A DNA stretch of 64,000 nt from Azolla caroliniana (GCA_043228905.1 JBHGNT010000005.1:6696001-6760000), one strand, 5' to 3'. Positions 47,761 to 62,393 are shown, counted from the first letter of the stretch. Notes: generated by a model from the sequence alone, not told the origin. Translations and numbers: made by a program.

Positions 47761-50299
47761 AATAAAAAAGCTGAAATAAGAACGCTCTTTCACCACAAGA
47801 GTCAAAATCTAAGATGATGGGAGATGAATATCAAGAGTGAGATAGTAGCCAAGCTATGAGATGAGTGTCAAGATTGCGGGAGAGGGCTAGTGAAGAGATG
47901 AGTGTCAACAGTCAAGAATTAAAGGATGAGGATCGAGAGACGAGAGATGAGAGGAACAATGACACCTATGACATGAAAAATATAAAAAACAATGCCATAA
48001 GAGATGCAAGTGGAACCTTGGGTTTGAGTGAGTTTGTGGAAGTAGGGGGGTTTGCGATGGTGGATGGAGCCTTCAATTGGAGTGGCTTACAAAGGTAGAT
48101 GAAACATTAGATCAAAGTGGGCTTCCATGTACCATTTGGACCATGACTTCATCACCCTGGTTACCAAAAATTGGTGCTTTCCTTGGTTCAAAGATCTCTC
48201 TGTCTTGGAGTGGCCCATGTTGGAGAACTTTCAAAAACTTTCGTAAATAGACGATCTATTTAGTGATATTTATTTTGGTTTGTTGTAACCTCTTCTTTGA
48301 TCTTATTGACCATTTTTCCCATTAAAAGACGTTAACATAGCTACCTTGTTGGTGACGACCACCTACTAGCAAACATAGCCAATTGCAGCGACGAATTCAT
48401 TGACGATGGTGACAGTGGCCCCAAGCGAGCTACAAGCCCCTTGACAATGGCAAGCCCCATCACAACCAATGCCCAATGGCAACCACAACGCAATGGCAAC
48501 TACATCATTGATGGTATTAGGATATTGACACATTAGGGTTCGGTAGTGGCATTTTGTACATTGGGCATAATTATTTAGAGGTATGAGATAACTATATAGT
48601 GACATAACTATAAGAGAAAGGAGAAAGATATATCCTTAATATAACATGATCAGTCAAAAAGAGCATATTCTTGATGTAATATTGTAAGATGGGAGGGCAA
48701 AAAATCAACCCACGATCCTACATCTCTCTCTGCGGTCATCAGATGACAATGGTCTCACTACCATCTTCCTCGTTGGTGATGGCTCGTACCCTAACTTGGA
48801 ACATGCATTCCCATATGTAATAGTTCGATTCTTTTCATCTACATTATGTGGTTCATTCCATAGGGGTGGATTCACCGTTGCTCCACCCCCAATAGTGGCT
48901 TAATGAAGAAAAGAACGGAAAGAGAGAGACACAATATGATATAGGTACAAGTGGGGGAGACTCAAAAATTACAAAACAGTAACATTTTATAATCTATTAT
49001 ATATTATTGTTACACCAATCATGATGAGATAAATAATACCAAGAGAGGCGCATTTATTGCAAACTCCTCACCATAAAAAGAGCACATCTAGAGCTTCAAC
49101 TATTCTAAAACTATTTGTCATAGGTTCCACAATACCCTGAAGTCCATCAAGCAACTTGGTCAAAAGGGATAAAACTAGTACCTTGTTTTCTAGCAAGGCT
49201 AATCTAGCAATGTCAAAAACACATTTTCTAGAACATTGTGGAAAGCATTATGGAATGTTGTAAAAATTTCTAGAAAGTTATGGAAGGTTGTAGAACAATA
49301 TAGAAAGGTATGGAAGCTTCAAGCTAAAAGTCTAGTGAGAAATGTGATCATTAATGAACGTTTATAAAACCATAGGAAGAGAATTGTCCTATAGTAGATT
49401 ACCATGAGATAAATTCCCTTTCCATCATATATGATGACAAGAGTATAAAGACAGTTATTAGGGAGCAGATCATCATATTTATTGATCATAAATAATTATA
49501 TTAACATGATGTGAGTATATTTATTCGACATCCAATATGAGATGGTAGGAACAATATATGTTAAAACAAATCAACAAGGAGAGAAGAGAATTTCAAAGCT
49601 CTATAGATAGTAGAATGTACACAACGGTCCAAGTTAGAGAACTCTTCTTACGGAAAAACAATGTTGACAATAAACAAGGCAGAGGTGTGACCAAAGGAAG
49701 CAACCCCCCTAGATCACCAAGTGACAAAGATACCAAAGAAATACAAAATAAATAAGTCCTGATACATGAAACAATGAGTATTAATCATACTCAACCCTTG
49801 TTCCAAATGAAACAAACTTGAGGTGTAACAACAATATCAAAGACCAACTGTTTTAATCGCCTAAGTAAGTGCATAAAAGGTACAAAGGCAGTGAATCAGG
49901 TTGAACATCAAAGGTGGCAGCTCCACTGGCAGAATGCTTTCAAAACCAATTTACTCAAGCAGGACAGAGGTGAGTGGAATCTTGTATTTAGGTATAAAAT
50001 CCAGAGATATACAAAGGTCTCTACCGAGAAGACAGCTTTCTAGGTCTCTACCGAGAATGTGTTTGTAAGCTAATTTTTGCTTCCCCCCACATAGACATTG
50101 ATCAGCCATTTCCCCCCACAGATGGCATGTTCTTGTCAGTTCCTCCCTCCTAAGCAGAACATAAAAGGTTGTGGGTTCAACCCCTATATTCTGCAGTGTT
50201 TAGGAATTTCGGGCAATGATGAGATTTGAGCCTTGATGCATGGATTAATACACATATGTTACTATTACAGATGTACTATCTCTAAAAGAAGAAAAAGAA

Positions 50300-50400
50300 C
50301 TATGAGACTGGACAAGAGATACATTTGAAAATGTCGTATCCTCTATGGAAGATTAAAGAAATGATATGTGTATCACTGAATTCAACTGAAGTGAGCAAAT
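50300..50400 (-). CDS. C2H2 zinc-finger gene, putative exon 6 (terminal)
   Basis: CAG acceptor at 50403-50401, phase 1, open to TAG (DLLTSVEF...CPVS*). Alternatively exon 5 reads through to the stop at 50661. Confidence 0.45.
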
Positions 50401-50731
50401 CTGCTAAATGAAATTGAAAATTATGCCTTCCAAACCTATCAGTGGTCATGTAACCTTGTGTTGTGGATTGTTAAAGAAACAAAGAAATTTTGTCAGCTAT
50501 GTAAATGAAATGATATATAGAATAATATCTACAATTGCTTTTGTAATGGTGATAATATCCAGCATATTGTGCACCAGTCCTAGCAATTCTACAAAAGCAC
50601 ATACATTCGGATGTGTTCTTAGATCATTTGCAGACAGGCTTGAAACATGGATTCACAACTCTACAATGGGTCATCCATGTATGAGCTATTTGAGAAGAGG
50701 AGTTGAGCATGTAAAGCAGAATAAAAAGTAC

Positions 50732-51302
50732 CTGAAGTGAGATTAAGCAATCCGCGAAAACCCATACAAGCATCAATACATCTATGTTGAGTAACACTAT
50801 TCTTCCCTATGTGCATGCATGCTTTCTCGTCTTCAATATAACCTCTTCTTGACCCGAAATGTAGAGCATCTTGTTTGGTGTTGTCACACACTTTTCTATA
50901 TTCCCCTTCACGTCTAGGCTTTTGTATATTCCCAGCATCCTTACGCCGCTTTACATGTCTTTCAACTTTTTCTTGATCCCTTTTCCTCTTTTGTTTACTC
51001 ATGGATTTTTTATTATTATCACATTTGTTTTTCTTGCCAAGAGGTCTCTCTTTGGATTTGGAACACAGGCTTCTGTCTCTTCTTCCACCTTGTATCTCTA
51101 CTTTTTCTTTGACTTTTTTTACTCCATTGGTATTCTGTTTTTGTCCAGAAACACTCGTCTTATTTCTTTTCCATAAATTGTAGGCAAGTTTTCTGTTCTT
51201 CCCATCCTTCAGCTCTTTTTTCATGCCAGCCATGAAATTTCTAAAGACATTCTCATTAATATCATCTTCATGCACAATCTTCTTTTCAGAAACTTTGCTT
51301 TC
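50732..51302 (-). CDS. C2H2 zinc-finger gene, exon 5 (Lys/Arg-rich)
   Basis: ttctag|GAA acceptor in frame with ORF 50661-51275; basic NLS-like KQKRKR/KRRK; donor G|GTACT at 50731. Confidence 0.7.
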
Positions 51303-51388
51303 CTAGAAGGCTCATAAACATTTGGAATGTGTTAGCAGTCTAGTCAATAAAATAAATTAATGAGATTGAAGAACTCATCATTACATAC

Positions 51389-51529
51389 CCTTTCTATATC
51401 ATGTCCCAGTTTACTGCAATGCTTCATGAGATTCCTTGATGCAAAATAAGAAATCCCACATGTCCCACATTTGTAAGGGTAAATTGAAGCTGGCCTCCCT
51501 TTGCTTTTTGACGGTCCTAAAGATAGAAA
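51389..51529 (-). CDS. C2H2 zinc-finger gene, exon 4 (finger 2)
   Basis: YKCGTCGISYFASRNLMKHCSKLGH; cag| and |gtatg boundaries, phase 0/0, 141 nt. Confidence 0.8.
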
Positions 51530-51612
51530 CTGTGTAACATTCAAGAATATACCAATTACAGATTATTGCACATTTATTTATTTCTAAGTTTTTTTTATAC
51601 TAGAAATCCTAC

Positions 51613-51750
51613 CTTTGGATCAGCCGTATGCCCAGACATGGATATATGCCTTCTTAAGGAATACTTATTAGCAAATACCCTTCCACATGTAATGCATAAA
51701 ACTACTTCTTTTTCATTTGATTGATTGAGAGTACTTGCATATTGATTTTC
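51613..51750 (-). CDS. C2H2 zinc-finger gene, exon 3 (finger 1)
   Basis: LCITCGRVFANKYSLRRHISMSGH; cgcag| and |gtagg boundaries, phase 0/0, 138 nt. Confidence 0.8.
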
Positions 51751-51830
51751 CTGCGAAATACATTATCAACTAGAAACTTCATGATGAATACAAATATAAA
51801 CATATTCAAACACCAAGGAAAGTGGCATAC

Positions 51831-51948
51831 TTTGCCACAAGCTGGAGTTTCTAAACCAGCAGTTGGATTTAGATCAACTTGATCCAACTCCTCATGAGAA
51901 CCATTCATGTTGATGAGAGAACCAACATAGGCAGTTTTTGAGAGATTT
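51831..51948 (-). CDS. C2H2 zinc-finger gene, exon 2
   Basis: ctgcag| and |gtatg boundaries; 118 nt, phase 2/0, open (NLSKTAY...ACGK). Confidence 0.7.
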
Positions 51949-53669
51949 CTGCAGTGACAATGAACCTTGACTATCAAATACAAACAAAATAATAGTAGTA
52001 ATAATCTTTTGTTTTTCATAAGCAATCAGTATTACTACAGGTCAATTGGCCAAAATCGACGTGCTTGCAAACATAGCAATGTATGAGAAATATTACAGAG
52101 ATCTTTAAAGAGTCTCTAAGTGATATACATACAAGAAACTGGTGTTGAGGAACTAGGTCAAGCTTGCAACATTCGCATCACGCAGCAATATATATGACGT
52201 ATTTCAAATCATAAACAGTCTTTCAAAGTCAGTACTAGAAGCAACTGTGGAGGCTTACAAATGCTACTTTGTAGCATCTATATAACATTTAAAGTGCACA
52301 GGAGATAATCATCCCTAAAATTAAAGAAAATGACACAGGTGTTCTTGAGCAACACAAGTACCAGTAGACACATCCATAAGTGAGTTCAAGTTCTAAATTC
52401 ACAATGAGGTATCCATGCTTAACTCTTAAATGTTCAAAATGCACTAACATATTTGTACAACACAAGACAAGATTTAGCCTATCTAGGAAAGTTCATACTG
52501 GATCCAGAAAGGAATTGATGAAAGCCAGAGAAATTCTAAGGTACTGGAGGAACCAATCAGATTTTGATCAAGTTTGCCTAACCAAGGTTCTAAGAAGATA
52601 AGATTACATAGATTTTGGAGGATTTGGGGGACAGAAGCTAACCTCCACATTATCTTCCTCTCTAAGAAGCATTGTAGTGTATCAATGTTGTGTAAATCAC
52701 AGTTACATGTGTGTTGGCATGGAACCACCAGGGTTCTTAACCAGTAGAGAATCATAAATTGGAAGCAATTTTCATACGACAATGTTACAAGTAGAATAGT
52801 GCCATTCAAATAGCAATCCTTAATAATATGAGATATAGAATATTACGAGTCAAGGTGGCTCAACCCCTTAATATTCACAATCCTGAGAATTTAAGATAAG
52901 AAGGCCCAGGTTACAATAAGTGAGAGCTTGATTATAAGGAAACCATGAAATTCAAATGAGAAGAACATTATTGAAACTTCTGCATTTTGTAGGCCATTGT
53001 AATTAGGTTGAAAAGGAAGCTTGAACACCTAACAAGAATATTAGATTAATCATACAAGATGATTTGTAGATCCTCAATCCACAATCACTGAAGATTAGTA
53101 GTCTTTTTTTCTGTTGCCAATTTTCCTCCTAAAACTAAGAAGAAGCCATGGGAAACTAGTCTAACCCCTTCTCTAAAAGCTTTTTCATATTGCTCTTTTG
53201 TATGTTGTACATTTGTAATATTAGAATTCATTGCAAGATTTGCATGTACGACGGTTTTTTTGTGCTTTTCTTATGAGAATATCTTTCCACTTTGTCATGA
53301 TCACATCTTCCGTTGCTTCAAGTGTAGATTTCATTCCCAACATTCGCCTTCATTAGCATCACTTTTTCTGCTTCTAGATTCAGCATTTTTCTTCTATTTG
53401 AAGGGAAGACGTAACAAGAATTTTAAAACAACCAATGCATTTACGGACATGAGAGAGTCCTTGAGGCAAAACCGAGTCCTGCATCCTAAAATGGATGTTA
53501 AACTAACACTAAGATCACTTGCACAATTATGTGGGTGTGAACATTCATGCACACACAACTTTGTTTAAGGTCATGCGAGACATGCCAAACATCAAGGATA
53601 ATCTAATGGAATTCCAAAATAGTCATGATAACCAACAAACAAGAAATTATATGGGTCTATAAGCCTTAG

Positions 53670-54420
53670 CTAATGTAAGGCATATTCTGTTCCCAAGGTA
53701 GCATGCTTATTCATGCACTACATGTCATAGTTTATAAGGGGGCTTTCACCCTAGTTGATCTCAAGAAGATCAACATAAGTATTTGGGTAGATTCATAGCT
53801 CTGATCGATACATTTAGTACCTCGTTCTCTAGCTTTTTATCTATTATCCTATTCTTATTTCCGTGTTCGTCTTCCATCTTGTACGTATGTTCCATGACCA
53901 TTTGATCTTCTTCCTTTCTAGCTAGCCACCACCATGTTGAATCATAGCAGTTCTACAACAAGTACAACTCGGGAATGTTGCACCTCATGAGTCCCAAACC
54001 ACATTCAATCACACGTTCTAGGGACTAAATAACTCTTTCGGGAAAATTTGATGGCACAGGCCCACCTGCAAGGGTTCATCAATCAGATGTGTCTGGTCTT
54101 AACAACTTCAAGCGGGTCAAGGTCATCAACTCCCTCCTAACTAGACTAGTGTAAACATGGTTTGCCCGGATGGCATATTCCTTGCTGCCGCTAGAAGATT
54201 TTCATGCCTCCCTCACCGTGTTTAGAGCCACCTTTCATGAGTTCAAAAAACATCAAGACTTGGTGAACAAGCTCTACAACCTAAAACACGTGGCAAGCAC
54301 CTACATGTGTCATGCATTGGAGTTCTCCCAACTAGGATGCCATGTAGATTGGGACAAGAACTCTCTTTGACTAGTTCCAACGAGGGCTTACAACTTTGGA
54401 TAAGATCCGTTGTAACCTAA
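53670..54420 (+). mobile_element. Decayed Gypsy (Tcn1-like) LTR and gag remnant
   Basis: KFDGT..CKGFINQ and YKLKH..TY...LEFSQL...VDWD gag-like fragments. Confidence 0.4.
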
Positions 54421-54529
54421 ACCCTAAACCAAAATGGACCCTATCCATGAAAATCAGGTCAACAGGGTCATAAGTGGAGTTTGGAGTTCAAAATGGTTTT
54501 CACCTCGTATTTTGGACCCTCATTAAGCT

Positions 54530-57292
54530 CAATAGGAGGTGGAGGAACCACATGAAGTATTGAGGTATGTGTCGGTAGGTAAACTCCTTCCGAATTCCTT
54601 CTTGTCAAAGGTATGTTGTGAAGGCATCGGAGTACTCTTTACCTCCACCGACCGAAGGCATCGTAAATGCTGGCTTGTTTCCTTTTTTACTCCACTTTTG
54701 AAATTTTGGAAGTGTGCGAACACTTCACTCTTTTGCCACATTGGGAAGATCCAGGTGTGCCTGGCGCAGTCGTTGATGAACGTGACGTAGTACCAGCATC
54801 CACCGAAGGTTACGATTTGGGCTGGTCCCCATACATCTAAATGTATTACATCCTTCGGGAACGGTTATCGATGTTGTTTGTCGAATTGGCAAACTTCACA
54901 TACGCCTACAATCTCCTTCTTAGTCAAAGGTCGGGGGTCCAATGATGACTCCTTTCGACTGTATGCCCTATAGCTTCTGGAGATTGATGTGGCCGATTCT
55001 TTTGTGCCATAGTTTTGCAAACATCGGCTTTATGGCCCTTTGCGAACATGGCCGATTTTATCTCATTCGACTCGAGGATAAACCTTTGGCCTTCCCTTTG
55101 ACCACGAGCAATGAGTCAGCCTTCCTTCTCAATAAAGCAATTTCGTGGTTGAAACGAACTTGCATGCCTTGTTCCACGATCTTGCCGACCGAGACCAGAT
55201 TTTTTGTTATGGTTGGCACATGCAAAATGTTTTTGATGTTCGCCATCTTTCCCGATTGGAACATTGCCGCCATGTTGAATGGGGTGAATTGTGCCATCCC
55301 TACTTTCCACATTGTCGGGTCGTTCGGGCTTTCGCAACTCTCCGAACCAATCTTCATGCAACGTCATGTGGTTGGACGCACCAAAGTCGACAAACCATAC
55401 ATTTTTTGGACTAGAAGTGTTTGTTGAGCCAAATGTCTACATTGAGTTCACTTTGTGCCTCATTACGAACATTCCACCATAGTCGTCGTAATCTAGGCTC
55501 CAAGCCAGTTGGAAATCGTATTACCTTTTGGAGAACCAATGTAACCAAAGTGATACTTGTGGATGGGAAGTAAAACTAATGTTGTTCAATGCCATGGTAA
55601 CTCAAGTATTGCTTTATGGAGTAGAAGTATGGGGTGGCACCATCTCTCTTCATGCATGGAATGAGATTGAGAAAATTCAAAAGATGTTTTTAAGGAGGCA
55701 ATTAGGAGTTAAATGCACTACCTCTTACCAGGTTATGCTCTTGGAAACAGGTGTTCAACCCATAGAAATATTGGCACTCCAAAGAGTATATAAATACACT
55801 ACAAAAGTCAAGAATATGTCGAATCATCGATTACCACATCTTACTTGGAATGTTGGATGTAAGCTACAAAAGAATCATAAAGGAAAGATTCTCTCATCCG
55901 GTTGGGTTGTTGACATAAGGAAATGGTTTAGAAGATGGGGTGTGGATGATCTTTTAGAGCTTTCGGGCAATGCTATGTATTATGTAGTGATTGAGGAAAG
56001 GTTGGTGGAATCATTAAGGATGAAGTGGGAAGATGCTAAGAGAACAAAGCTAGAATACTACATTGAAAATGTCAACCCTGAATGTTGGTCTCAATATAAA
56101 GCAAGAATGTCTATTGATCGTATCCAACCTTATCTCATTACCAATATGAGTGGTAATGTTCGTAGAGCCCTTCGCACTTGATCTCACAAGTTAAGTATTG
56201 AAGTTGCATCATGGTTTCAAAATGTAACGAATTTGAAGACATGTAAATCATGGTATCAAAATGTAACGAAAATGAAGTTATGTAAATTACTTGACATATA
56301 GTGCAATTTGTTTCAGATATGTTGACATACTAAGAGGGAGTGATAACTTAAGTGCCATACATATTTAAGACACCACCTAGAAGGTTGAGCATGTGTATGC
56401 TTTATTCACACATAGAGACTTTGTGCTTCAATGTATGAATACCCCTTCTTAGGAAGGAGACACATATCAAGAACATATGTATACTCTAGTCCCGTAGGTT
56501 AAAATTGGCCTCTTTATGGACGATAAAAATTCTAATTCTAATTCTTATTCTAAGCAAAGTTTGAGGCATAGTTAGTGAGTTGTCGACTCATAGACGCGGA
56601 CTCACTCATAGCGACCGACTTTCCCATAGTATCCACATTCGATGGAGTTGTTTTGTCAACTTGGTCCAGCATAATGGCTCCCCCTCCTATTGAACATTCC
56701 TCGTGTGTTTCCGACTTCTTGCCGGTAATGGGAGATGTGTTCATGTATCGGACCTCAATCATTTCAGCCTTGGTCGAATCGGCTTCTTCTTACATGACCA
56801 CGCCCTCTTCCTTTGTTTGAATTCAAGTAGAGCATATGACATTCAGATGTATTGCCCCTCGTTCGAACGTGGTTTTCTTCGACTAGAGGGAGGATTCTTC
56901 CTTGCGAGGACAGTCGTCCTTATTGCACCAAAACGGGGTGCTAGGCCTCCAAGACATATTTGCACCATCTCATCATCGCCAATGTTAACATTGATCGAGT
57001 CGAGGGAATCGTAAAGCTCCTGATCTTCAAGGTGTAGGTCGTGATCGACATGTCCTGTTGTTGAATATTATTCAACTCTTGGTGGAGTTGAAGTTTCCAT
57101 GCATTCGTGTTGGCCGCAAAGATCTTCTTGAGGTTCCCCCACACCTCCTTCGACGTTTTGGCCTCTCGGATAGAGCCGAGCATGAGATCATGAACGCACG
57201 ATGCTAGGCAATACAGCACACGGCTTGCTACTTGTTCCCATGCTGGGTAGTCGGCGTGTGCTGGGTTGGGTTGAGATTCTTGTGCTCCTTCA
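54530..57292 (-). mobile_element. Copia D (related to Copia B), gag-PR-INT, interrupted by a LINE
   Basis: AWEQVASRVLYCLAS..KLQLHQELNN gag; WFVDFGASNHMT; LWHKRIGH; HLDVWGP; KSEVF. Confidence 0.85.
55492..56550 (+). mobile_element. 5'-truncated LINE with an (AATTCT)n tail
   Basis: LFNAMVTQVLLYGVEVWG..IEKIQKMFLRRQLGV..MLLETG; tail aattctaattctaattct; removing it rejoins Copia D (..NFA|YDDYGGMF..). Confidence 0.85.
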
Positions 57293-57299
57293 ATTATAG

Positions 57300-60258
57300 T
57301 TCCAATAGTCTTGGCCGACAAAGTTGAGTTTTTTTTCCCCTCATCTGAGCCTCACCTAGCATCTAGGGAGGAGTAGAAAGACCATGAGCATCTACTTAAA
57401 GCTGCTGCAAATTGTCCAGTTGTAGCCCACGAGGAAGATATCCATAGCCTCACATGCCACCATTGTTTCATCAACCACTCCCCAACTCCCCAAAGAGTCC
57501 ATCTTCGATGGGAACAATTACTTGGATCGGGAACTGCGGATAAAGACCTTGCTATAGTACCATCATCTATGGAATGTACTCAATGGTAGTGAGAAAAAAC
57601 CACCGGTAACTTCATCTTCTTCATTCATATTAGTTGTTGGCTTCTCGTGCTCATGCTTTCCTCGTGTTTAATATTAAACCGAGCATCGGAGACAACCAAT
57701 GAACTATGGGCAGCCATCAAAAACAGGTATCATAGAGCTAACCATACTCAAATGATAGCTATTGAGAGCCAACTAGCAAATCTCAAGATTCATGACACTC
57801 CAAACATCAAGGATCAAATCAGTAATTTATTACTCTCCAAAAGGAGCTAGTTTCCTTGGGAAGCAAGTCAACCAAAGTTGAGTTTGTGCATCGTCTAATG
57901 ATCAAGTTGCCTGAATCATTCTCAGCCTTTTGTGACACAATTTCTCTTCTTCCCAACACACCTGATATGATGTCTCTTCCCAAGAGATGGCTCGTACAAT
58001 GCTATCTCAATCTGATCTTCCTCTCTCATTTTGAGGTGAAGTTGTCAACATAGCAGTCGACATCATCAACTACTCCCCAACAAAAGCAATTGTTGCAATG
58101 ACTCCTGCAGAAGCATTTACAAGTGTAAAGACCTCAATTTCTCATTTTAAAGTCTTTGGTTGTGATGCTTATGTTCACATTTCAGATCATAAAAGGACTA
58201 AATTTGAGTCCAAAACCAAGAAATGCAAGTTTCTTGGTTATAGCACACAATCTAACGCCTACAGGTTATGGGATTTAGAATCGAAGTCCCTAGTCATCTC
58301 TAGGGATGTTCATTTTGTGGAGTTTAAGCTGGATGACTCTAGGCTTTCACCTGAGTCTAAGCAGCAATGGAAGTTGAACTTAATTCCATTGAGCAGAATC
58401 ATACATGGGAGCTGGTCCCTCGACTTGAACATAGGCAAGTCATTGGATTGAAATGGATTTTCAAGACCAAGTACCATGTTGATGGTACTTTGGATAAGCA
58501 TAAGACATGTCTAGTTGCAAAAGGTTACTCATAAGTGGAAGGAGTGGACTACGAGGAAACTTTTGCTCCAACAGCAAAGTACACCTCTATTCGATGTGTG
58601 CTTGCACTTGCTGCTCGCAACAAATGGCCCATCTTTCAAATGGATGTCAAGTCAGCCTTCCTTAATTTTGACTTGAAAGAGGAAGTTTATGTAAAACCTC
58701 CAAGTTTCGAGATTTCAAAGCGGAAAAACATGGTCTACTACACAAAGCCTTGAATGGCTTAAAGCAAGCTCTCAAAGCATGGCATGACAAAATTGATACC
58801 TTCTTTCTCTCTCTTGGGTTTCAGCATTGTTATGTTGTCTTTTCCCAAGATAATTTGTTATGCTTGTCATATTATATGTTGATGACCTTCTAATTACAGG
58901 GTCCCTTCTAAAATCGAGCAGCTCCGCACTAACCTCAAAACCACATTCGAAATAATTGATCCAAAACTTCTCCATTACTTCATAGGTATGGAGGTCTATC
59001 AATCACATGGTGATATCTTCCTCAACCAACATAGGTATCTCGGGCAACTCCTTGAGACCTATAGCATGTCAAATTGCAAACCACTCTCTTGTCCAATGGA
59101 TCCAAACTCAAAGCTATCTTGTGAAAACAATTCTCCCATATTTGAAGATATCACGAGATATAGAAGGTTAATTGGGTCTTTTCTTCACTTAACTTACACT
59201 AGGCCTAATTTGTCCTATAGTGTGAGTATTCTCAACCAATTCTTACGTGCTCCAAGACAAAGTCATTGGCAAGTAACTATTCGAGTTCTTAAGTATTTAG
59301 CCAACACACTCCACTATGATCTCTCTTTAGAGGCGGCATTGAGCTTGTTGGTTACTAGGTTGTTGATTGGGCAGGTGATATTGATTCTAGATGGTCCACA
59401 TCTAGCTATTGTTTTATGTTAGGCTTAGGCCTGATTTCTTGGAAATTAAAGAAGCAAAACTCAATTTCGATTTCATCAACAGAAGTTGAATATCGAGCCT
59501 ACTTGGATACTTGTTGTGAGTTGCAATGGTTAATGCAATTGTTTTGTCACATTGGCGTTTTGCAAGACTCTCCTGTTGAAGTTTTCATCGACAACCAAAA
59601 TGCCCATGCATTGGCACATAGCTCAACGTTTCAAGGTAGAGAACAAAACATATTAAAGTGCACTACCATTTTGTTCGTGAATTAGTGAAATCACAAGTCA
59701 TCAACTTGGCATTTTGTCCTACTAAAGAAAATGTGGCTAATTTGTTTACTAAGCCACTTCCAAGGCAAGCCATTGATCAGCTCCTCAATCGTCTCAATGT
59801 TGGACCGTCGTTCTGGAGCTGAGAGAAAGGTGTTGGAGGGTGGCAGCTCCAAACCTGCACTCTCTTTCATCTTTATTATCTCTTTTCTACATTCTCTCTT
59901 CCTAAATTCTTCTCTTTCTAAAATCTACAACTCTTTAAATGCCTTCTCTCTGTAGTATCTACAATGCTTTAAATGTCTTCTCTCTATTCCACTTTTTCCA
60001 AGATATTCCCTCTTATTCCTAGTTTATTGTACATGTTTGGTAGTACAAGAGTCACTTAACTACCAAACAACCATTTCACCCATGTTCCCCAATTTTGTAT
60101 AAATAGGTTATACCAGCCTCTTTTGTAAAGACTTTATTTTTGCTTCTACTTGCAAACAAGCTCTACCCTTTGACTGTGTCTCTATTCTTTGCAGCCAATT
60201 TTGCTACTACTGTCTAACAAACTTCTCATAGCTTGGTTATGTCTATTTTGTTCCAACA
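57300..60258 (+). mobile_element. Copia E remnant with 3' LTR (59831-60258)
   Basis: FGCDAYVHI..RTKFESK (INT), GVDYEETFAP, QMDVKSAFL, YVDDL (RT), SSTEVEY (RH); purine tract GAGAGAAAGG followed by TGTTGGA...TCCAACA. Confidence 0.9.
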
Positions 60259-60329
60259 ATTGTTCCACTATTGCTATTAACAATTTTTCTCACAAATCTA
60301 TTATAGATGTTATTAAACACTGCATTCCA

Positions 60330-61240
60330 AAACAAAACCTTCCACACTGCTAACAATCCGCTCAACCATATTGGTATTAGAAAGGTTTGTGTTCCAAATT
60401 TGTCTTAGGTCAAAATGAGATTTTATTTTTTGTACCCTCACATTGATAACAATCCGCCCAACTATATTGGAAAGGTTTGGGTTCCAATTTTGTCTTAGGT
60501 CACAACAAGAATTCATATTTTGCACCCTCACATTGCTAACGATTCGTTCAACCATATTAAAAATGTTTGTGTTACAAATTTGTCTCAAGTCAAAACGAGA
60601 ATTCATTTTTTGCACCCTCATTAAGGCATCTTAGAATAAGTTATACACTTGTTAACAACTCTACTATTTTCTTTAACCTAAGAAGCATCCTAATATTAAT
60701 GATTATGTGACTATCAAGTTACCAATAGATATAATGAATGACAAATATTTCCACTAGTAAATTTTTTATTAAATTTTTCATTATGGAACTAGAAACTAGC
60801 TAGACCATGGGCTCCATAGACCAATGAAACAAGTGTTTAAAAAAATTGATATGATTCTAGCTTATAGGAATAATAACTTCCTATTATGGAGTTTTCTCCA
60901 AACATATATCAATTGGAAATAGTCCTTTGATATTGATGCCGTATTTTCGCATTATTTTCGCCACAAACCTTGATCAATATTAAAATTCATCTTCATGAGT
61001 TATACATTGTATAAACTATCAAAGAGATATGCATATGTTTGCACTAAACAAGTTACTATTTCTCAATACGGAGCATGATTTTATGCCAACAAGCCTTGGC
61101 AACGTCATGTATTTAACTCTAGACATATAGTATTTCTATTTATATTTCTAAACTCGTTTTGACCTAAGACAAATTTGTAACACAAACCTTTCCAATACAA
61201 TTGAGTGGATCATTAACAATGTGAGGGTGCAAAAAATGAC
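60330..61240. repeat. ~96-bp unit: three direct copies (60330-60620) and one inverted copy (61150-61240)
   Basis: aaaggtttgtgttccaaatttgtcttaggtcaaaa..tttttg.accctca repeated, with its reverse complement ~530 bp downstream. Confidence 0.75.
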
Positions 61241-61923
61241 TATTAAATGTATTATCAAACAGTCAAGTGTAAACACAGTAGGTTTTAGGGTTCCTACCTA
61301 TATGTATTAGAAAGGTAGTTATCTTTTTAACCAGGAAGGCTTGACTTATATTAAGACTATGTCAATGTGGCTATGACTATTGTTAAGCACGTGTGATTCA
61401 CACGAAATCCAAGGTACAACAAACATCAACCCTCAATAGTAAGGGACATTGAGGAGGTCCAATTTCGTCTCACATCATTGCTAAGGGGTGATCGGGTAGT
61501 TTCACACCCCTCTTTCCTTTATTTGGTCTATATTTCTTTATGTTTTGTTGAATTAATTAGTTACACTCTTAATACTTGTACACCACCACCTCTTGCATGT
61601 TGAACCTACAATGGGCTTCATGGACCAAGAGTTTATTTCCCAAAGCAATGCGGATGTATAAATACAATTGTATGCACATGCACCCTATACACATATCATA
61701 AGAATACATACAAACACATACACAAACATGCACACATATACATGTACCTATATATAGAACATTAAAAATAGGGTGTGCACACCCCCTATATGCATGCCAT
61801 ACACTTATACACATTGTATGCATACACATATGGAGGATTTCAAACTTTGTTCATCTGAAAGTTAAACTTACAATATTATTGTTAACGTTGCATAATTCTT
61901 ATATGTGGGTGGGTGTATGTACG

Positions 61924-62393
61924 TAGCAATGGGCACGATTCAATTTCCAGGCAAAGAAACCAAACCAAACCGTTTATGAACTCTCAGTATTTAAACCAAA
62001 CCATTTAAGAAAAAGTTTAAACCAAACCATTTAGGGAAAAGTTAAAACCAAACCAAACCATTTAATAAAAAAATTTAACCTAACCACTTAAGTCAAACTA
62101 ATTAAATATCTAAAGAAACAAAAATACATTAAATTAAATCAGCATTTAAGTTAAATTAATTAAATCAATAAAAAATCATTAATTAAACCATTACGTCAAT
62201 AAACTATTAAGGTAAAAAAAAAGTTAACCAAAGACCTTTAAACCAAACCGGTAAACCTATAAACCCGAGTTTTAGAACCGAACCGTTTATCGAGAATCCA
62301 AACCAAACCATTAAATTTTTTTGGAACTAATAAACCGTTAAGCCATGGCTTAATGGTTCGGTTTGGTTTGAGCTGAAACCGTGCCCATTGCTA
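61924..62393. mobile_element. hAT-type MITE family 2
   Basis: Perfect 14-bp TIR TAGCAATGGGCACG; perfect 8-bp TSD TATGTACG; AAACC subterminal motifs. Confidence 0.93.

Noticed and set aside
48660-49440. Possible solo LTR
   Set aside because: The composition is LTR-like, but I could not establish matching termini or a TSD.
50135-50195. tRNA-Arg(CCU)-like sequence (tcctaagcagaa..ggttcaacccct)
   Set aside because: No acceptor stem or D-arm; at most a SINE or tRNA relic, not a tRNA gene.
53080-53400. Possible extra exon of the zinc-finger gene
   Set aside because: All three frames hit stops after the candidate acceptor, and the model is phase-consistent without it.
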